Assembly: GCA_035493235.1 (NCBI GenBank)
Contig: DATJIP010000106.1
Span: forward strand, 26,610 to 90,609
Direction of reading: 5' to 3'
Source of the DNA: Steroidobacteraceae bacterium
GTDB lineage: Bacteria; Pseudomonadota; Gammaproteobacteria; Steroidobacterales; Steroidobacteraceae
Length of the DNA stretch: 64,000 nt
The notes below the pieces were generated by a model that saw only the letters and a program-made list of their open reading frames with translations, did not search any database and was not told the DNA's origin. The first letter of the stretch is position 1. The number at the start of each line of letters is the position of its first letter. This document shows, piece after piece, positions 1 to 9,052 of this stretch. The position numbers and the translations under genes were made by a program.

Positions 1-1371
1 ATATCGAAGCCGACTGAACCACGGATGCGGGTAACTTTCCGGCAGCGTGAAGCTATCGCGCAGCTGCACACTCACGAGCTGCGAGCCCATGAGCAGGGCA
101 GGGCGGATATCGCTCAGCTTTCCGCCGAACAGCCAACGCCGGATCGATCTCAGCAGCACGGCGCCTGTCGATCGCTCAGTGCGCAGCGCGACTTCAGATG
201 CGAGTCGCAGCGCTGCGAACCGCGGCCCGTGGCGTCGCAAGTAGTCGGTCACCGCATACGAGAAGGAGTCGCTGCAGAATCCAGAGTCGCCGCCGTCGCC
301 CGTGAACACTGCGCTGACTTTGCGTTCAACCGCCAATCGATGATCGAGCGTACTGCGCATCATGTACGACAGCAGCGACTGCGGCTCAGTTGCTGGGCGC
401 TCGCGCACCAGATCGGCAAAGTTGATCTCGGCAGGAAGGACCGGGCACTCAAGATGCTCGAAACCGCTGTGTTCAGCCGCGAGCCGCGCCCATGGACGCT
501 CGTCCGAACGACCTTGCGGGTTGAAGAACGTGTAGCACGCGATTCGCGGTTGCGTGGAAGCGCGAGCGAGACAGCCAGCGATGATCGAAGAATCCAGTCC
601 GCCAGACAGTCGGTGCAGCAAGCTCGCGTGGCCGGCCGACAGCGTTTGCGTGCACGAGCGGACGGTGGCGCGCACGGCGGTGGCCGCATGCACTGGATCT
701 TCGATCACGCTTCGCCGCTGCAAAAACGCGAAGGGATCCCAGTAGAAGCACCGTGATCGCAGCGTCGGACGCCTCGCGGGATCGATCTCGACACACTCGC
801 CGTGACGGATCTGCCGTACTTTCTCGAGCGCATCGGTCGCGACGTCGTTGAAGCCGAGTACGCGCTCGCGCAGATACGCGCGGTCGACGCCGAATCCTCG
901 CACCCCGAGCTCGATGCAAGCGCCGACGTGCGAGAACAGAATCGTGACATCTTCGAAGCGGGTTTCGAAGCAGGGCAGCGTGCCCGTTGGATCTTTCAAC
1001 ACGCGAACGATGCTTGCAGCGGCGGCGCGAAGTAGTGCGACGTAATTACCCCAGCAGTTCTCGATCAGCCATCGCCCTTTGCTGGCGAGGATCGCCTCGC
1101 AACTGCGCGCGCTGAGAACTGCGCGTCGCGCCGGGGAATCGTCGTCGACGTCGCGGTTACGCTCAAACAGAGTCCCGAGAATCACGCCGGCGTTGCGTGC
1201 GAGCGGCAGTGCTCGCAGCGTGCCGCCTTCGTCCGCACAGAACACCCGCAGTCCAGGGCTGGCGAATGCACGCGTCCAATGCCTAGCGCGCAGCCGCTCG
1301 TCCAGCGAGTCCGCCGTGCGGGATTGCTGCTCGTCGATGACGTTCCAGACGAGCGCAATGTAGCGAAACAT
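1..1371 (-). CDS. Lasso peptide cyclase (asparagine synthetase-like C protein), 3' end runs off the window
   Basis: Manually translated open frame of 457 codons from ATG 1371 (MFRYIALVWN...) with no stop to base 1. Motifs VLKDPTGTLPCF, LSGGLDSSII (PPi loop) and FTGDGGD. Lies downstream of lasso B and the precursor. Confidence 0.9.
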   Translation of the reverse strand, partial: MFRYIALVWNVIDEQQSRTADSLDERLRARHWTRAFASPGLRVFCADEGGTLRALPLARNAGVILGTLFERNRDVDDDSPARRAVLSARSCEAILASKGRWLIENCWGNYVALLRAAAASIVRVLKDPTGTLPCFETRFEDVTILFSHVGACIELGVRGFGVDRAYLRERVLGFNDVATDALEKVRQIRHGECVEIDPARRPTLRSRCFYWDPFAFLQRRSVIEDPVHAATAVRATVRSCTQTLSAGHASLLHRLSGGLDSSIIAGCLARASTQPRIACYTFFNPQGRSDERPWARLAAEHSGFEHLECPVLPAEINFADLVRERPATEPQSLLSYMMRSTLDHRLAVERKVSAVFTGDGGDSGFCSDSFSYAVTDYLRRHGPRFAALRLASEVALRTERSTGAVLLRSIRRWLFGGKLSDIRPALLMGSQLVSVQLRDSFTLPESYPHPWFSRLRY

Positions 1372-1425
1372 GCGCGCCCCTTAGCGGGCCCATTCTTGTT
1401 GTTGCCCGCGCGGATCTTGTTGTCG

Positions 1426-2145
1426 TCAAACCGTCAGGATCGGCGTGTACTCGCAAACCTGCTCGGGATTCGCGTCGAGCAGCAGCTTGCCCTGTTGCAC
1501 CCAGGCGTGCGCTCCCCAGGGCTGCGCACGCACACCGATCACCCAAGTCGGAAACACGTCATGGCGCGCCATGAATCGCACCAGCGCCAGCGAATGGAAC
1601 AGGCAGCGGTCCCGCGCTGCGAACGTATGCGGCCGCAGCCGCCGGAAGAGCCCGACCAGTTCGACGGCTCTCTGCTCGTCGAAAGCGCCGCTCGCGGCGG
1701 CCTTCTGATCGCGGACTTCGCTCGCGATTGCGTACAGAGTGCGCGAGCGCAGAGCATGACGCGTCCAGGCGAGCGCGCCGAGAAAACTTGCGATGTGGGC
1801 CAGGCGCAGCGACGTGCTGCGGCTCAACTCGTGTCCTGCGCTGCTGAGAACCCCGCCCAGATCCAGCGGTGGAGCACCGAAACTCGTGCGCTCGGCAGGA
1901 GGATCGCGACTCAGCAACCCGGCATCGAGCAGCGCGTCGGCCATGGCGATGGCTGCGTCGGGTGCGAGCTGTTCGACGGCGGCCGCGCTACCGTTTGCGT
2001 CATTCCAGTTCAGTGCGAGCGTCGCGAGCGCACGCGCTTCGGTCGAGCCGATGCCGAAGTATCGATTGCGCTTCAAATCCAGCAGGATCGTGCTGGCGAG
2101 CAGCGGACAAACTCGAACGTGCGCAGGAATCCAGTATTCGTGCAT
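1426..2145 (-). CDS. Lasso peptide B protein (N-terminal RRE-like region + transglutaminase-like leader peptidase)
   Basis: LLDLKRNRYFGI N-terminal segment; C-terminal DRCLFHSLAL...VIGV...GAHAWVQ...LLD Cys-His-Asp triad. Start at 2145 or 2181. Confidence 0.9.
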   Translation of the reverse strand: MHEYWIPAHVRVCPLLASTILLDLKRNRYFGIGSTEARALATLALNWNDANGSAAAVEQLAPDAAIAMADALLDAGLLSRDPPAERTSFGAPPLDLGGVLSSAGHELSRSTSLRLAHIASFLGALAWTRHALRSRTLYAIASEVRDQKAAASGAFDEQRAVELVGLFRRLRPHTFAARDRCLFHSLALVRFMARHDVFPTWVIGVRAQPWGAHAWVQQGKLLLDANPEQVCEYTPILTV

Positions 2146-2188
2146 AGAGAAGGCGGGTGCGTGCCCGGCACGCACCCGCAACGATCGC

Positions 2189-2305
2189 TCAGAACGGCAG
2201 CAGACCGAAGGCAGTCAGGTTGTCGATGAACAGCGGCAGCACGGCGATTTGCCGCGTCTCGACCATTGCATCTCCGAGATCCACGAGCTGAAGTTTGATC
2301 GTCAT
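2189..2305 (-). CDS. Lasso peptide precursor A, MTIKLQLVDLGDAMVETR-QIAVLPLFIDNLTAFGLLPF
   Basis: Manual translation. AAGGGGA RBS upstream of ATG 2305; leader motif LVDLGDAxxET with Thr at -2; directly upstream of B and C. Confidence 0.88.
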   Translation of the reverse strand: MTIKLQLVDLGDAMVETRQIAVLPLFIDNLTAFGLLPF

Positions 2306-2746
2306 GACGGTTCCCCTTGTTGAAGTAACTTGGCTTGCGAAACGAATCTCCCTGCGCGCGCAAACCTGCGCCTATGTACGATGATGTCAATAAGCAGCGA
2401 TATCATTCGCGCGCGTTTGCGTGCACATATCTATGGATGTGCGTAGTTAGGACTATTCGGCAAAGCACGAGCGAAGCTGCGGTCGCGGTGACAGTCTTGG
2501 CTTATTGGAAAATATCTTTCGCTCGTTGGCGCCAATTGCTTCGATCGATGGCGAAGGATGCAAGCCAACAACACTTGATCTGACACAGACACTGCGTTGC
2601 GCGTACGTGTGCACGCGGCGGCGAAATTACTGCAGCAATCGCAAGGCTTTGCAGGCCGCAGTGAGTCGTGCGGGCGAGCTCGCGCGGTACACCCTTAAGC
2701 CCGCGCGCGCAGGGTTGTGGCAGGTTGCTGGCGAAGGACAACGCCG

Positions 2747-2929
2747 ATGCAGGCAGCGGATCCCGAGACATTCCAACTGCACGTCGAGTTCGTGAATGCC
2801 CATGGCCTGGCGCAAGGTCAGTTCACCACGTTCTCGACGTGCAACCCCATCGAACATGTCGCATCAGACTCAAGCACCGCATCCAGCCCGACGCGGACAG
2901 CCCTGCAAGCCCGGCGCGAGGCTCTGTAG
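2747..2929 (+). CDS. Possible 60-aa hypothetical protein (MQAADPETFQLHVEF...)
   Basis: AAGGA upstream of ATG 2747; no recognisable motif. Confidence 0.25.
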   Translation: MQAADPETFQLHVEFVNAHGLAQGQFTTFSTCNPIEHVASDSSTASSPTRTALQARREAL

Positions 2930-3111
2930 CTATGCGGGGTTGTGGTTGACGGCGGTTCGTAACGACGACTGCTATCGTCGCGTGCCGTGGTGGCGTCCGG
3001 AACCGTGCTCGCTGCGCTCACGGCGAACACGTCCGGACTTGTCGTAGACGTCGTTGAAATCAACGCCCCCGCTTCGCTGCCCGCGTCCTGCAGGCAGCGA
3101 AGCGAGCGAGG

Positions 3112-4182
3112 TCAGCGGCGGGCGCCGGCGCTGACTCGCGCCGCCGTCGCAGGTGCGTGGCTGGCGTTCGAGTACAGCTCTCCTTCCGACTCTTCCTCTT
3201 CCTCGAGTTCGACCTCGACCTCGACCTCCCACTGCGGCTCCGATACTTCTAGTTGGATGCGTGCGAGCGGTACGACGTCGTGCAACGCCGTCAGCTTGAA
3301 CAGCTCCGGTCGGCACAGACGATAGCGACTGACGGCAACGGAGAGCGTCGAAGGATCGCGACGCAGATAGCGCGCGACTTCGCTCAACGTTGCCACGCGC
3401 CGCTCGGTCGCATACCAGGCGATGAGTGCGCGTGCGAGTGTGACCTCACGCTGACGTGAGTTCGAGAGCACGTGCTCGCGATCGACGCCGAGCCGGCACG
3501 TCACGGTCTGGATGATCTGCTCCAGCGTGAGCTTGCTGCGATAGACACGCAGGTGGCGCGGCAGGTTCTCGAGGAACTCCGGACTCGCGACGATGCGTGC
3601 ATCGTGCCTGCTGCCGTGTTCGAACAGGGTGCACTCCTCATGCACCGGCGCGACCGCCATGAACTCGGCGTATTCGCTGTTCTGATCGCACCCGCTCAGC
3701 AGCTTCATTGCCGTGCGCGTGGTCAACCAGGGGATCTCGACCTTGCCGAGATATGCGCCATGGCTCGTAAACGGATACGCAGTGGGATCGCCGCCCAGTC
3801 CCTCGCTGACCGGCAGGTGATGGATGTAGCGGACCAGCTTCAGCAGGTACGCATCGGGATCGATCAGGATCGCCTTGTAGCGCTGCCGGAAGAAGTGGCC
3901 GTACTCCGCTGCGCGCTCATGAATGCTGCGCGCGTAGCGACTGGTGATGCCCTGCATGAAACGTCCGACCGACACGCTGTCGATCTGCAACGCGATGTGA
4001 ATTGCGTCTGGTGTCCAGCAGTACGCATGCAGACGCGCGCCGGTCCGGCGCAGCGCTGTTGCGAGCAGACGTTCGAAGAGCTGGTAGTCCGTGTGCTGGG
4101 AGAAGATGGGGCGAGTCGTACTGCCCCGCTGGACTACGTAGTACGTTCCTCCCGGAACGTGCAGTCGTTGACGACGCGACAT
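3112..4182 (-). CDS. RAYT/Y1 HUH transposase-like protein with C-terminal DnaA domain IV-like HTH; HUH motif degenerate
   Basis: PGGTYYVVQRG...PIF, AYCWTPDAIH (canonical AYCLMPNHxH), RFFxQRYKA-like segment, YPFTSH; C-terminal SRQREVTLARALIAWY...RRDPSTL; GGAGG RBS. Confidence 0.8.
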   Translation of the reverse strand: MSRRQRLHVPGGTYYVVQRGSTTRPIFSQHTDYQLFERLLATALRRTGARLHAYCWTPDAIHIALQIDSVSVGRFMQGITSRYARSIHERAAEYGHFFRQRYKAILIDPDAYLLKLVRYIHHLPVSEGLGGDPTAYPFTSHGAYLGKVEIPWLTTRTAMKLLSGCDQNSEYAEFMAVAPVHEECTLFEHGSRHDARIVASPEFLENLPRHLRVYRSKLTLEQIIQTVTCRLGVDREHVLSNSRQREVTLARALIAWYATERRVATLSEVARYLRRDPSTLSVAVSRYRLCRPELFKLTALHDVVPLARIQLEVSEPQWEVEVEVELEEEEESEGELYSNASHAPATAARVSAGARR

Positions 4183-4318
4183 TCTGCCACCTCCGTATGT
4201 AAGCAGTGTTTGCAGGCAGGGCCATCGTGGCCCTCAGTTCCGATTCCGTCGATCACTGTACGGGCGAGACCAAACGTATCCACCCATATTTTTTTACGTG
4301 AGCTTTCGACTGCGCGTG

Positions 4319-5221
4319 TCACCGTTTCGCAATCATGCGTGGCGGCAGCGCGCGCAATCGTGCTGAGTACTCTAGATGCTCGGGCGCGCTCTCACCTACG
4401 AAATTCCGGTAAAAAGGATCCCACGGCAACACCATTGCGGTTTGTTCTTCGTGGACCATCTTCGGCAGGATCGTGACGACGTTTCGCTGCGACTCCGCGG
4501 TGAGTAATCCCTGCAACGAACCGTGCTGCTGCAGGTTCGCATCGAGCTCCATCAAGTTGTACAGCGTCGGATGTGAAACGGGCATATCACCTGTTAGTGC
4601 CGCCGCGACGATTGCCGCGGGACTCAGCCACGCGTGGTCGACTGTTTCCGTGCTGTCGCTGACAGCGGCTTGATCCGAAGGCACCGGCGCTAAGTAGAAG
4701 CGCGTATCGAAGCGTCGCGGCACGACTGACGGCGTGATCCAATGTGCCCAGTAGACGAGGCGTTCGACGCGCAAGAACAGATCCTCGGCGCGCAGCATCT
4801 CCGCGAACAATTCTGGTTGCGAAGCAATCGCGCGTCGCTGCTCCTGCAGGCGCGCAGCGACATCGTGGTCGCAAGGCTGGCCGGCGGCGTCGCTCGCCAG
4901 CAGTACGCCGGTCTCTTCGAACGTTTCGCGACAAGCTGCTACTGCGAGCGCGAGGCATTCGCGTGCATCGATTGGGTCGCCGTGCAACGTGCCCAGCCGC
5001 GCGCAACTCGTCTGGGACGCCGGAGGAATTCTCGCGAAGGCTGCAGCAGCGGCATCCGCTGCGCACACCGAGCCGCCGGGGAAGACCCACATCCCGCCCA
5101 TGAACGCCAGCTTCTCGTGCCGACGAATCACGAGCACTTCGACGCTCGCAGGTCCCTCGCGCAACAGCAGCACCGTCGCCGCGGGACGCGGCACGACGGG
5201 CTGGCTGTGCTGCTCGGCCAC
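4319..5221 (-). CDS. NUDIX hydrolase (NUDT19-like)
   Basis: PRPAATVLLLR, FMGGMWVFPGG, RETFEETGV, WITP...RRFDTRFY. GTG start 2 nt after the ADH stop. Confidence 0.85.
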   Translation of the reverse strand: MAEQHSQPVVPRPAATVLLLREGPASVEVLVIRRHEKLAFMGGMWVFPGGSVCAADAAAAAFARIPPASQTSCARLGTLHGDPIDARECLALAVAACRETFEETGVLLASDAAGQPCDHDVAARLQEQRRAIASQPELFAEMLRAEDLFLRVERLVYWAHWITPSVVPRRFDTRFYLAPVPSDQAAVSDSTETVDHAWLSPAAIVAAALTGDMPVSHPTLYNLMELDANLQQHGSLQGLLTAESQRNVVTILPKMVHEEQTAMVLPWDPFYRNFVGESAPEHLEYSARLRALPPRMIAKR

Positions 5222-5223
5222 GG

Positions 5224-6315
5224 TCAGAGAACGACGACCGAGCGGATCGACTCGCCGCGCTTCATCATCTCGAAGCCCTCGCCGATCTGCTCGAGCTTGA
5301 GGCGATGCGTGACCAGCGAATCGAGATCGATCTTCTTGTCGACGTACCAGTCGACGATCTCGGGCAAGCGGCCGAGACGCGCGCCGCCCATGTAGCAGCC
5401 CGTCCAGTGACGACCCATCATCAAGCTGCCCGGCGGCGCGGTGACTTCGGCGCCATGCGCCGCGACGCCGATGACGTAGCTCGTGCCCCATGCAGGGTTG
5501 GTGCTTTCGAACGCCTGGCGCATGACCTGCGGATTGCCGATGCACTCGAACGTGTAATCGGCGCCGCCGCCGGTCAGCTTCATCAGGTGGCTGGTAATTT
5601 TCTCCACCTTGCGCGGATCGACGAACTCCGTCGCACCGAACTTGCGCGCAATCGCTTCCTTGCCGGGATTGGTGTCCACGCCGATGATCGTTTTCGCACC
5701 GGCGAGACGCGCGCCCTGCACGACGTTGAGTCCGATGCCGCCGAGGCCGAACACGACGACCGAGCTGCCGCGCTCGACCTTCGCTGCAAACAGCGCCGCT
5801 CCGAGGCCGGTCGTCGCGCCGCAGCCGATGTAGCAGATCGGATCGAACGGCGCGTCGTCGCGCACCTTCGCGATCGTGTCCACGGGCAACACGGTGTACT
5901 CAGCGAACGTGCCTAGTCCCCACAGCTGCGTGACTGGTTTGCCGCCGAGCGAGAAGCGGCTTTCGCGCGGGCGCAAGCGCGCGAACGCTTCGACGCACAG
6001 GTTCGTCTTCGGCGAATTGCAGTACGCGCACTTTCCGCATTGTGGAATGAGAAAGGGAATGACGTGATCGCCGACTTTGAACTGCGTCACGCCGGGTCCG
6101 CATTCGATGACGACGCCCGCTGCCTCGTGGCCGAGAATCGCCGGAAATTGCCACGGGACTTTGCCTTCGTAGGCGTGCAGATCGGAGTGGCACAGGCCGG
6201 TCGTCTTCACCTGCACGAGCACTTCGCCGGCGCGCGGGCCTTCCAGCTGTACTTCTTCGATGACGAAAGGCTGATTCGGGCCGTGCACGACGGCCGCGCG
6301 GACATTCAACGGCAC
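5224..6315 (-). CDS. Zn-dependent alcohol dehydrogenase, class III-like
   Basis: GLCHSD, GHEAAG, CGKCAYC...NLC, GLGGIG. Confidence 0.9.
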   Translation of the reverse strand: MPLNVRAAVVHGPNQPFVIEEVQLEGPRAGEVLVQVKTTGLCHSDLHAYEGKVPWQFPAILGHEAAGVVIECGPGVTQFKVGDHVIPFLIPQCGKCAYCNSPKTNLCVEAFARLRPRESRFSLGGKPVTQLWGLGTFAEYTVLPVDTIAKVRDDAPFDPICYIGCGATTGLGAALFAAKVERGSSVVVFGLGGIGLNVVQGARLAGAKTIIGVDTNPGKEAIARKFGATEFVDPRKVEKITSHLMKLTGGGADYTFECIGNPQVMRQAFESTNPAWGTSYVIGVAAHGAEVTAPPGSLMMGRHWTGCYMGGARLGRLPEIVDWYVDKKIDLDSLVTHRLKLEQIGEGFEMMKRGESIRSVVVL

Positions 6316-6405
6316 GCGGAATTTCCTTTTGCGATGGTGTGAGCGGAGGGACTTTACACCATCGCCCCGGCGCGGGCGCTGCGGGTCAGCGTCAGCCCGA
6401 CATGA

Positions 6406-7671
6406 TCATTCTTTGCATTCCGCCTGGTGCATCAACGCCGCCATCGCGTCGCAGAGATTGACGCTTGCGGTCTCGCCTTGCGACGTTTCCACTTTGCGGC
6501 TCGAGCGCGCGAGCAGATCGCGTGCGGCGTCCGCTCGGAGATTGCGATCGCGCGCGAGCAGCAGGGCAACACCGCCCGACACGCTTGCCGCAGCGAGCGA
6601 GCTGCCGGACAGGAAGTCATAGCGACCATCCGGCACCAGCGTCAGGACTTCGCTGCCCGGCGCAAACAGCACTGAATCCGCGGATGCCCGGGTACCTGCA
6701 GCATCGACGCCGATGACACCGGGGATTGCGGTCGGAAAGCCATTGTCTTCGGTGTTACGCGGCGTGGCGCCCACGAACACAATGCCGCGGCGAAGGCCCA
6801 CCTCGACCAGCCGCGTCAGCAACGGATCGGCGGGACCGGCGAGACTGAGATTGACGATGTCCATGTGTGCTTCGACGGCAGCGGCGAGCGCTTTGGCAAG
6901 CGTCAACGTACTGCAAACGGCGCGAGCATCGTCGCCCGCAGCCGGCCAGCAAGCGCGCATCGAGTAGAGCCGCGCGGCCGGGGCGATGCCGACGATACCC
7001 AGGCTGTTGTTCTCGACTGCCGCGATCACGCCGGCGACAGCAGTGCCATGACGATCGCGACCGCCTTTGCTGCCGTCGACGAAGTTTTCCTGCTTGACGA
7101 CGCGACCGGCGAGATCGGGATGAGTCGTGTCGATGCCGGTGTCGATGATCGCCACGCGAACGCCTTCGCCGCGCGACCACAGATGCGCACCGGTGACGTC
7201 CATGATGTCGAGGTTTTTCTGCAGCGGCCGATACGGATCGCCCGTCGCCGTACCCGTGTCGTTCGTCAGCGTCGAGAACGACTGATAGGGCTGCGCCGAC
7301 TCCACGCGCTTGTCCCGACGCAATCGTTCGAGCGCGGCCTCGCGGTTGGCACCGGCGGGGAGTTCGTACACGATGCAGTGAATGCCGAGCAAGCCGATCG
7401 GCCAAGCGGTGACTTCACGCAGACCGTACGTGGTCGCGACCGCTTGGGCGCTCGCGCGTGTCGCTGGAGCGAGCGAATACGACGGCGGCGGCTCGTAACC
7501 ACGCACGGTGGAGCCGGCGCGCGGCATCGATGGAGCCGTGTCGTTGCGCAGAGTGACGACGACGAAGCGAGCGGGATCGGATTGCACCGCCGGCTCGACC
7601 GGCGTGCTCGGCGACGTGGCGCAGCCGGCCAGCAACGCGACGCAGCCGAAGATCAGCCACAGACGTTTCAT
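6406..7671 (-). CDS. S8 (subtilisin-like) serine peptidase, lipoprotein
   Basis: Lipobox LLAGC; catalytic IIDTG, HGTAVAG and SGSSLAA motifs. ATG 7671 overlaps the anti-sigma stop. Confidence 0.88.
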   Translation of the reverse strand: MKRLWLIFGCVALLAGCATSPSTPVEPAVQSDPARFVVVTLRNDTAPSMPRAGSTVRGYEPPPSYSLAPATRASAQAVATTYGLREVTAWPIGLLGIHCIVYELPAGANREAALERLRRDKRVESAQPYQSFSTLTNDTGTATGDPYRPLQKNLDIMDVTGAHLWSRGEGVRVAIIDTGIDTTHPDLAGRVVKQENFVDGSKGGRDRHGTAVAGVIAAVENNSLGIVGIAPAARLYSMRACWPAAGDDARAVCSTLTLAKALAAAVEAHMDIVNLSLAGPADPLLTRLVEVGLRRGIVFVGATPRNTEDNGFPTAIPGVIGVDAAGTRASADSVLFAPGSEVLTLVPDGRYDFLSGSSLAAASVSGGVALLLARDRNLRADAARDLLARSSRKVETSQGETASVNLCDAMAALMHQAECKE

Positions 7672-8387
7672 TGTGCCTCGGATGCCACCGCTGGCTCTGC
7701 GAACATGACGCGGCCGTCCGCACGCAGCTGCGCGATTGCCTTCTCGACACCAGATTTGTCTGCGGCGCCGGCCGCGAGACCCAGTGTGTAGACGCCGGCC
7801 TCGCTCGGCCCCGCGATGATCTGCGCATCGATCGCGCGCAGCACTCGGTTCATGTCGTCGACGGCGACATCGCCGGCAAACACGACGCGAATCACCGGTC
7901 CGTGCATCACGGTTGCGGTCGGCGTCGTCAGCACGTTGTAGCGGCCGGCGGTGAGGTCGTCGTGAGTTTGCGCTTGCGTCCACAGTGCGGCCAGCAAGCC
8001 CGCGATCGCGATGCCTTGTATGGCGGCAGCGATCGGCAGCCAGCGCGACCAACGGGTCGGCTCGCGGCGTGCGGCAGCGATCGGCGCGACAGTCGCAGGC
8101 GCTTCGATCTCCAGCTCCTCGTCGTCCAGGTCGGGAACGGCATCGATGCGCTGCATGAGTTTCTGCAACGAGGTTTGCGGCGCCAGCACGATCGCTTCTT
8201 CGGAGCGAATCGCGTTACGCAGCTGACGCTGGAATTCCAACTCGTCCTGGCATTCGCGGCAGTCGCGCAGATGCCCTTCGACGCGTGCAACGTCTTTGGC
8301 CGCCGCGCTCTCGTTGGCAATCCAGGGCAGCAGATTCCAGCACTCGCCGTGAGCGCCGAGAGGTCCAGTGTGGTCGCTGTGTGTCAT
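7668..8387 (-). CDS. Zinc-binding anti-sigma factor (zf-HC2) with TM helix and extracytoplasmic domain
   Basis: HLRDCREC (HxxxCxxC), one TM segment, directly downstream of the ECF sigma. Confidence 0.85.
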   Translation of the reverse strand: MTHSDHTGPLGAHGECWNLLPWIANESAAAKDVARVEGHLRDCRECQDELEFQRQLRNAIRSEEAIVLAPQTSLQKLMQRIDAVPDLDDEELEIEAPATVAPIAAARREPTRWSRWLPIAAAIQGIAIAGLLAALWTQAQTHDDLTAGRYNVLTTPTATVMHGPVIRVVFAGDVAVDDMNRVLRAIDAQIIAGPSEAGVYTLGLAAGAADKSGVEKAIAQLRADGRVMFAEPAVASEAQ

Positions 8388-8395
8388 TGCGCTGA

Positions 8396-9001
8396 TTACT
8401 TTTTACCGCCGGTCTGATTACCGCCGGCGAGCCGAGGCAGCGAACGGCGCAGCTTCTCGCGTGCGTGGAACATCCTCGTCTTCACCGTGTTGACCGGGCA
8501 TTGCATGATCGTCGCGATCTCCTCGCAGGAGTGGCCCATCAGGTACGAGAACTCCATCACCATGCGCTGCTCGAGCGGCAACTCTGCGAGTGCCTGCCCA
8601 AGCCACTGACGGTTCTCGTCCTCCAGCTGCGCGTCCGGCGCAACTGCCACGTCCTCGACCACGAGCATCGGTCGGGGCGTACCGTGCCGACGCAGCGCTT
8701 TCAACGCCCGCCGGTACGTGATGCCGACGATCCAGGTCGAGACCAGCGAATCGCCGCGAAAGTCTCCGGCCTTCAACCACACGGTCCACAAGGTGTCATT
8801 GATCACTTCCTCGATGAGGTCGTGACGCGAGGTCATTCGCATGAGGAAACGCGCGAGCCGGCGGTGATAGATCAGGTACAGCTCTTTGAAAGCCGTTCTA
8901 TCGCCCGCAGCGACCTGGCGCAGCAGCTCGAGCTCGCGAGCGTTCGAGGAACTGCCGCTGGACGTACCGAGTGAATGACCGCTGGAAGGCACCGAGTTCA
9001 T
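8396..9001 (-). CDS. ECF RNA polymerase sigma factor
   Basis: Region 2 (AGDRTAFKELY...EEVINDTLW) and region 4 (SCEEIATIMQCPVNTVKTRMFHAR). Confidence 0.92.
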   Translation of the reverse strand: MNSVPSSGHSLGTSSGSSSNARELELLRQVAAGDRTAFKELYLIYHRRLARFLMRMTSRHDLIEEVINDTLWTVWLKAGDFRGDSLVSTWIVGITYRRALKALRRHGTPRPMLVVEDVAVAPDAQLEDENRQWLGQALAELPLEQRMVMEFSYLMGHSCEEIATIMQCPVNTVKTRMFHAREKLRRSLPRLAGGNQTGGKK

Positions 9002-9023
9002 TTGCAGCCGTGACCGTTGTGAT

Positions 9024-9052
9024 TGAGTACCCGGGGAGGGGGGTCCGGTTCT
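9024..9052 (-). promoter_or_regulatory. Putative ECF promoter AGAACCGG-N14-GTACTCA upstream of the sigma gene
   Basis: Ends 22 nt upstream of the sigma ATG; near-identical copy with the same spacing at 10457-10485. Confidence 0.65.

Noticed and set aside
1081-1140. Suspected frameshift in the lasso cyclase
   Set aside because: Codon-by-codon recheck shows one continuous frame from 1371 to base 1.
2385-2390. Perfect TTGACA on the minus strand upstream of the lasso precursor
   Set aside because: No -10 element at 16-18 nt spacing.
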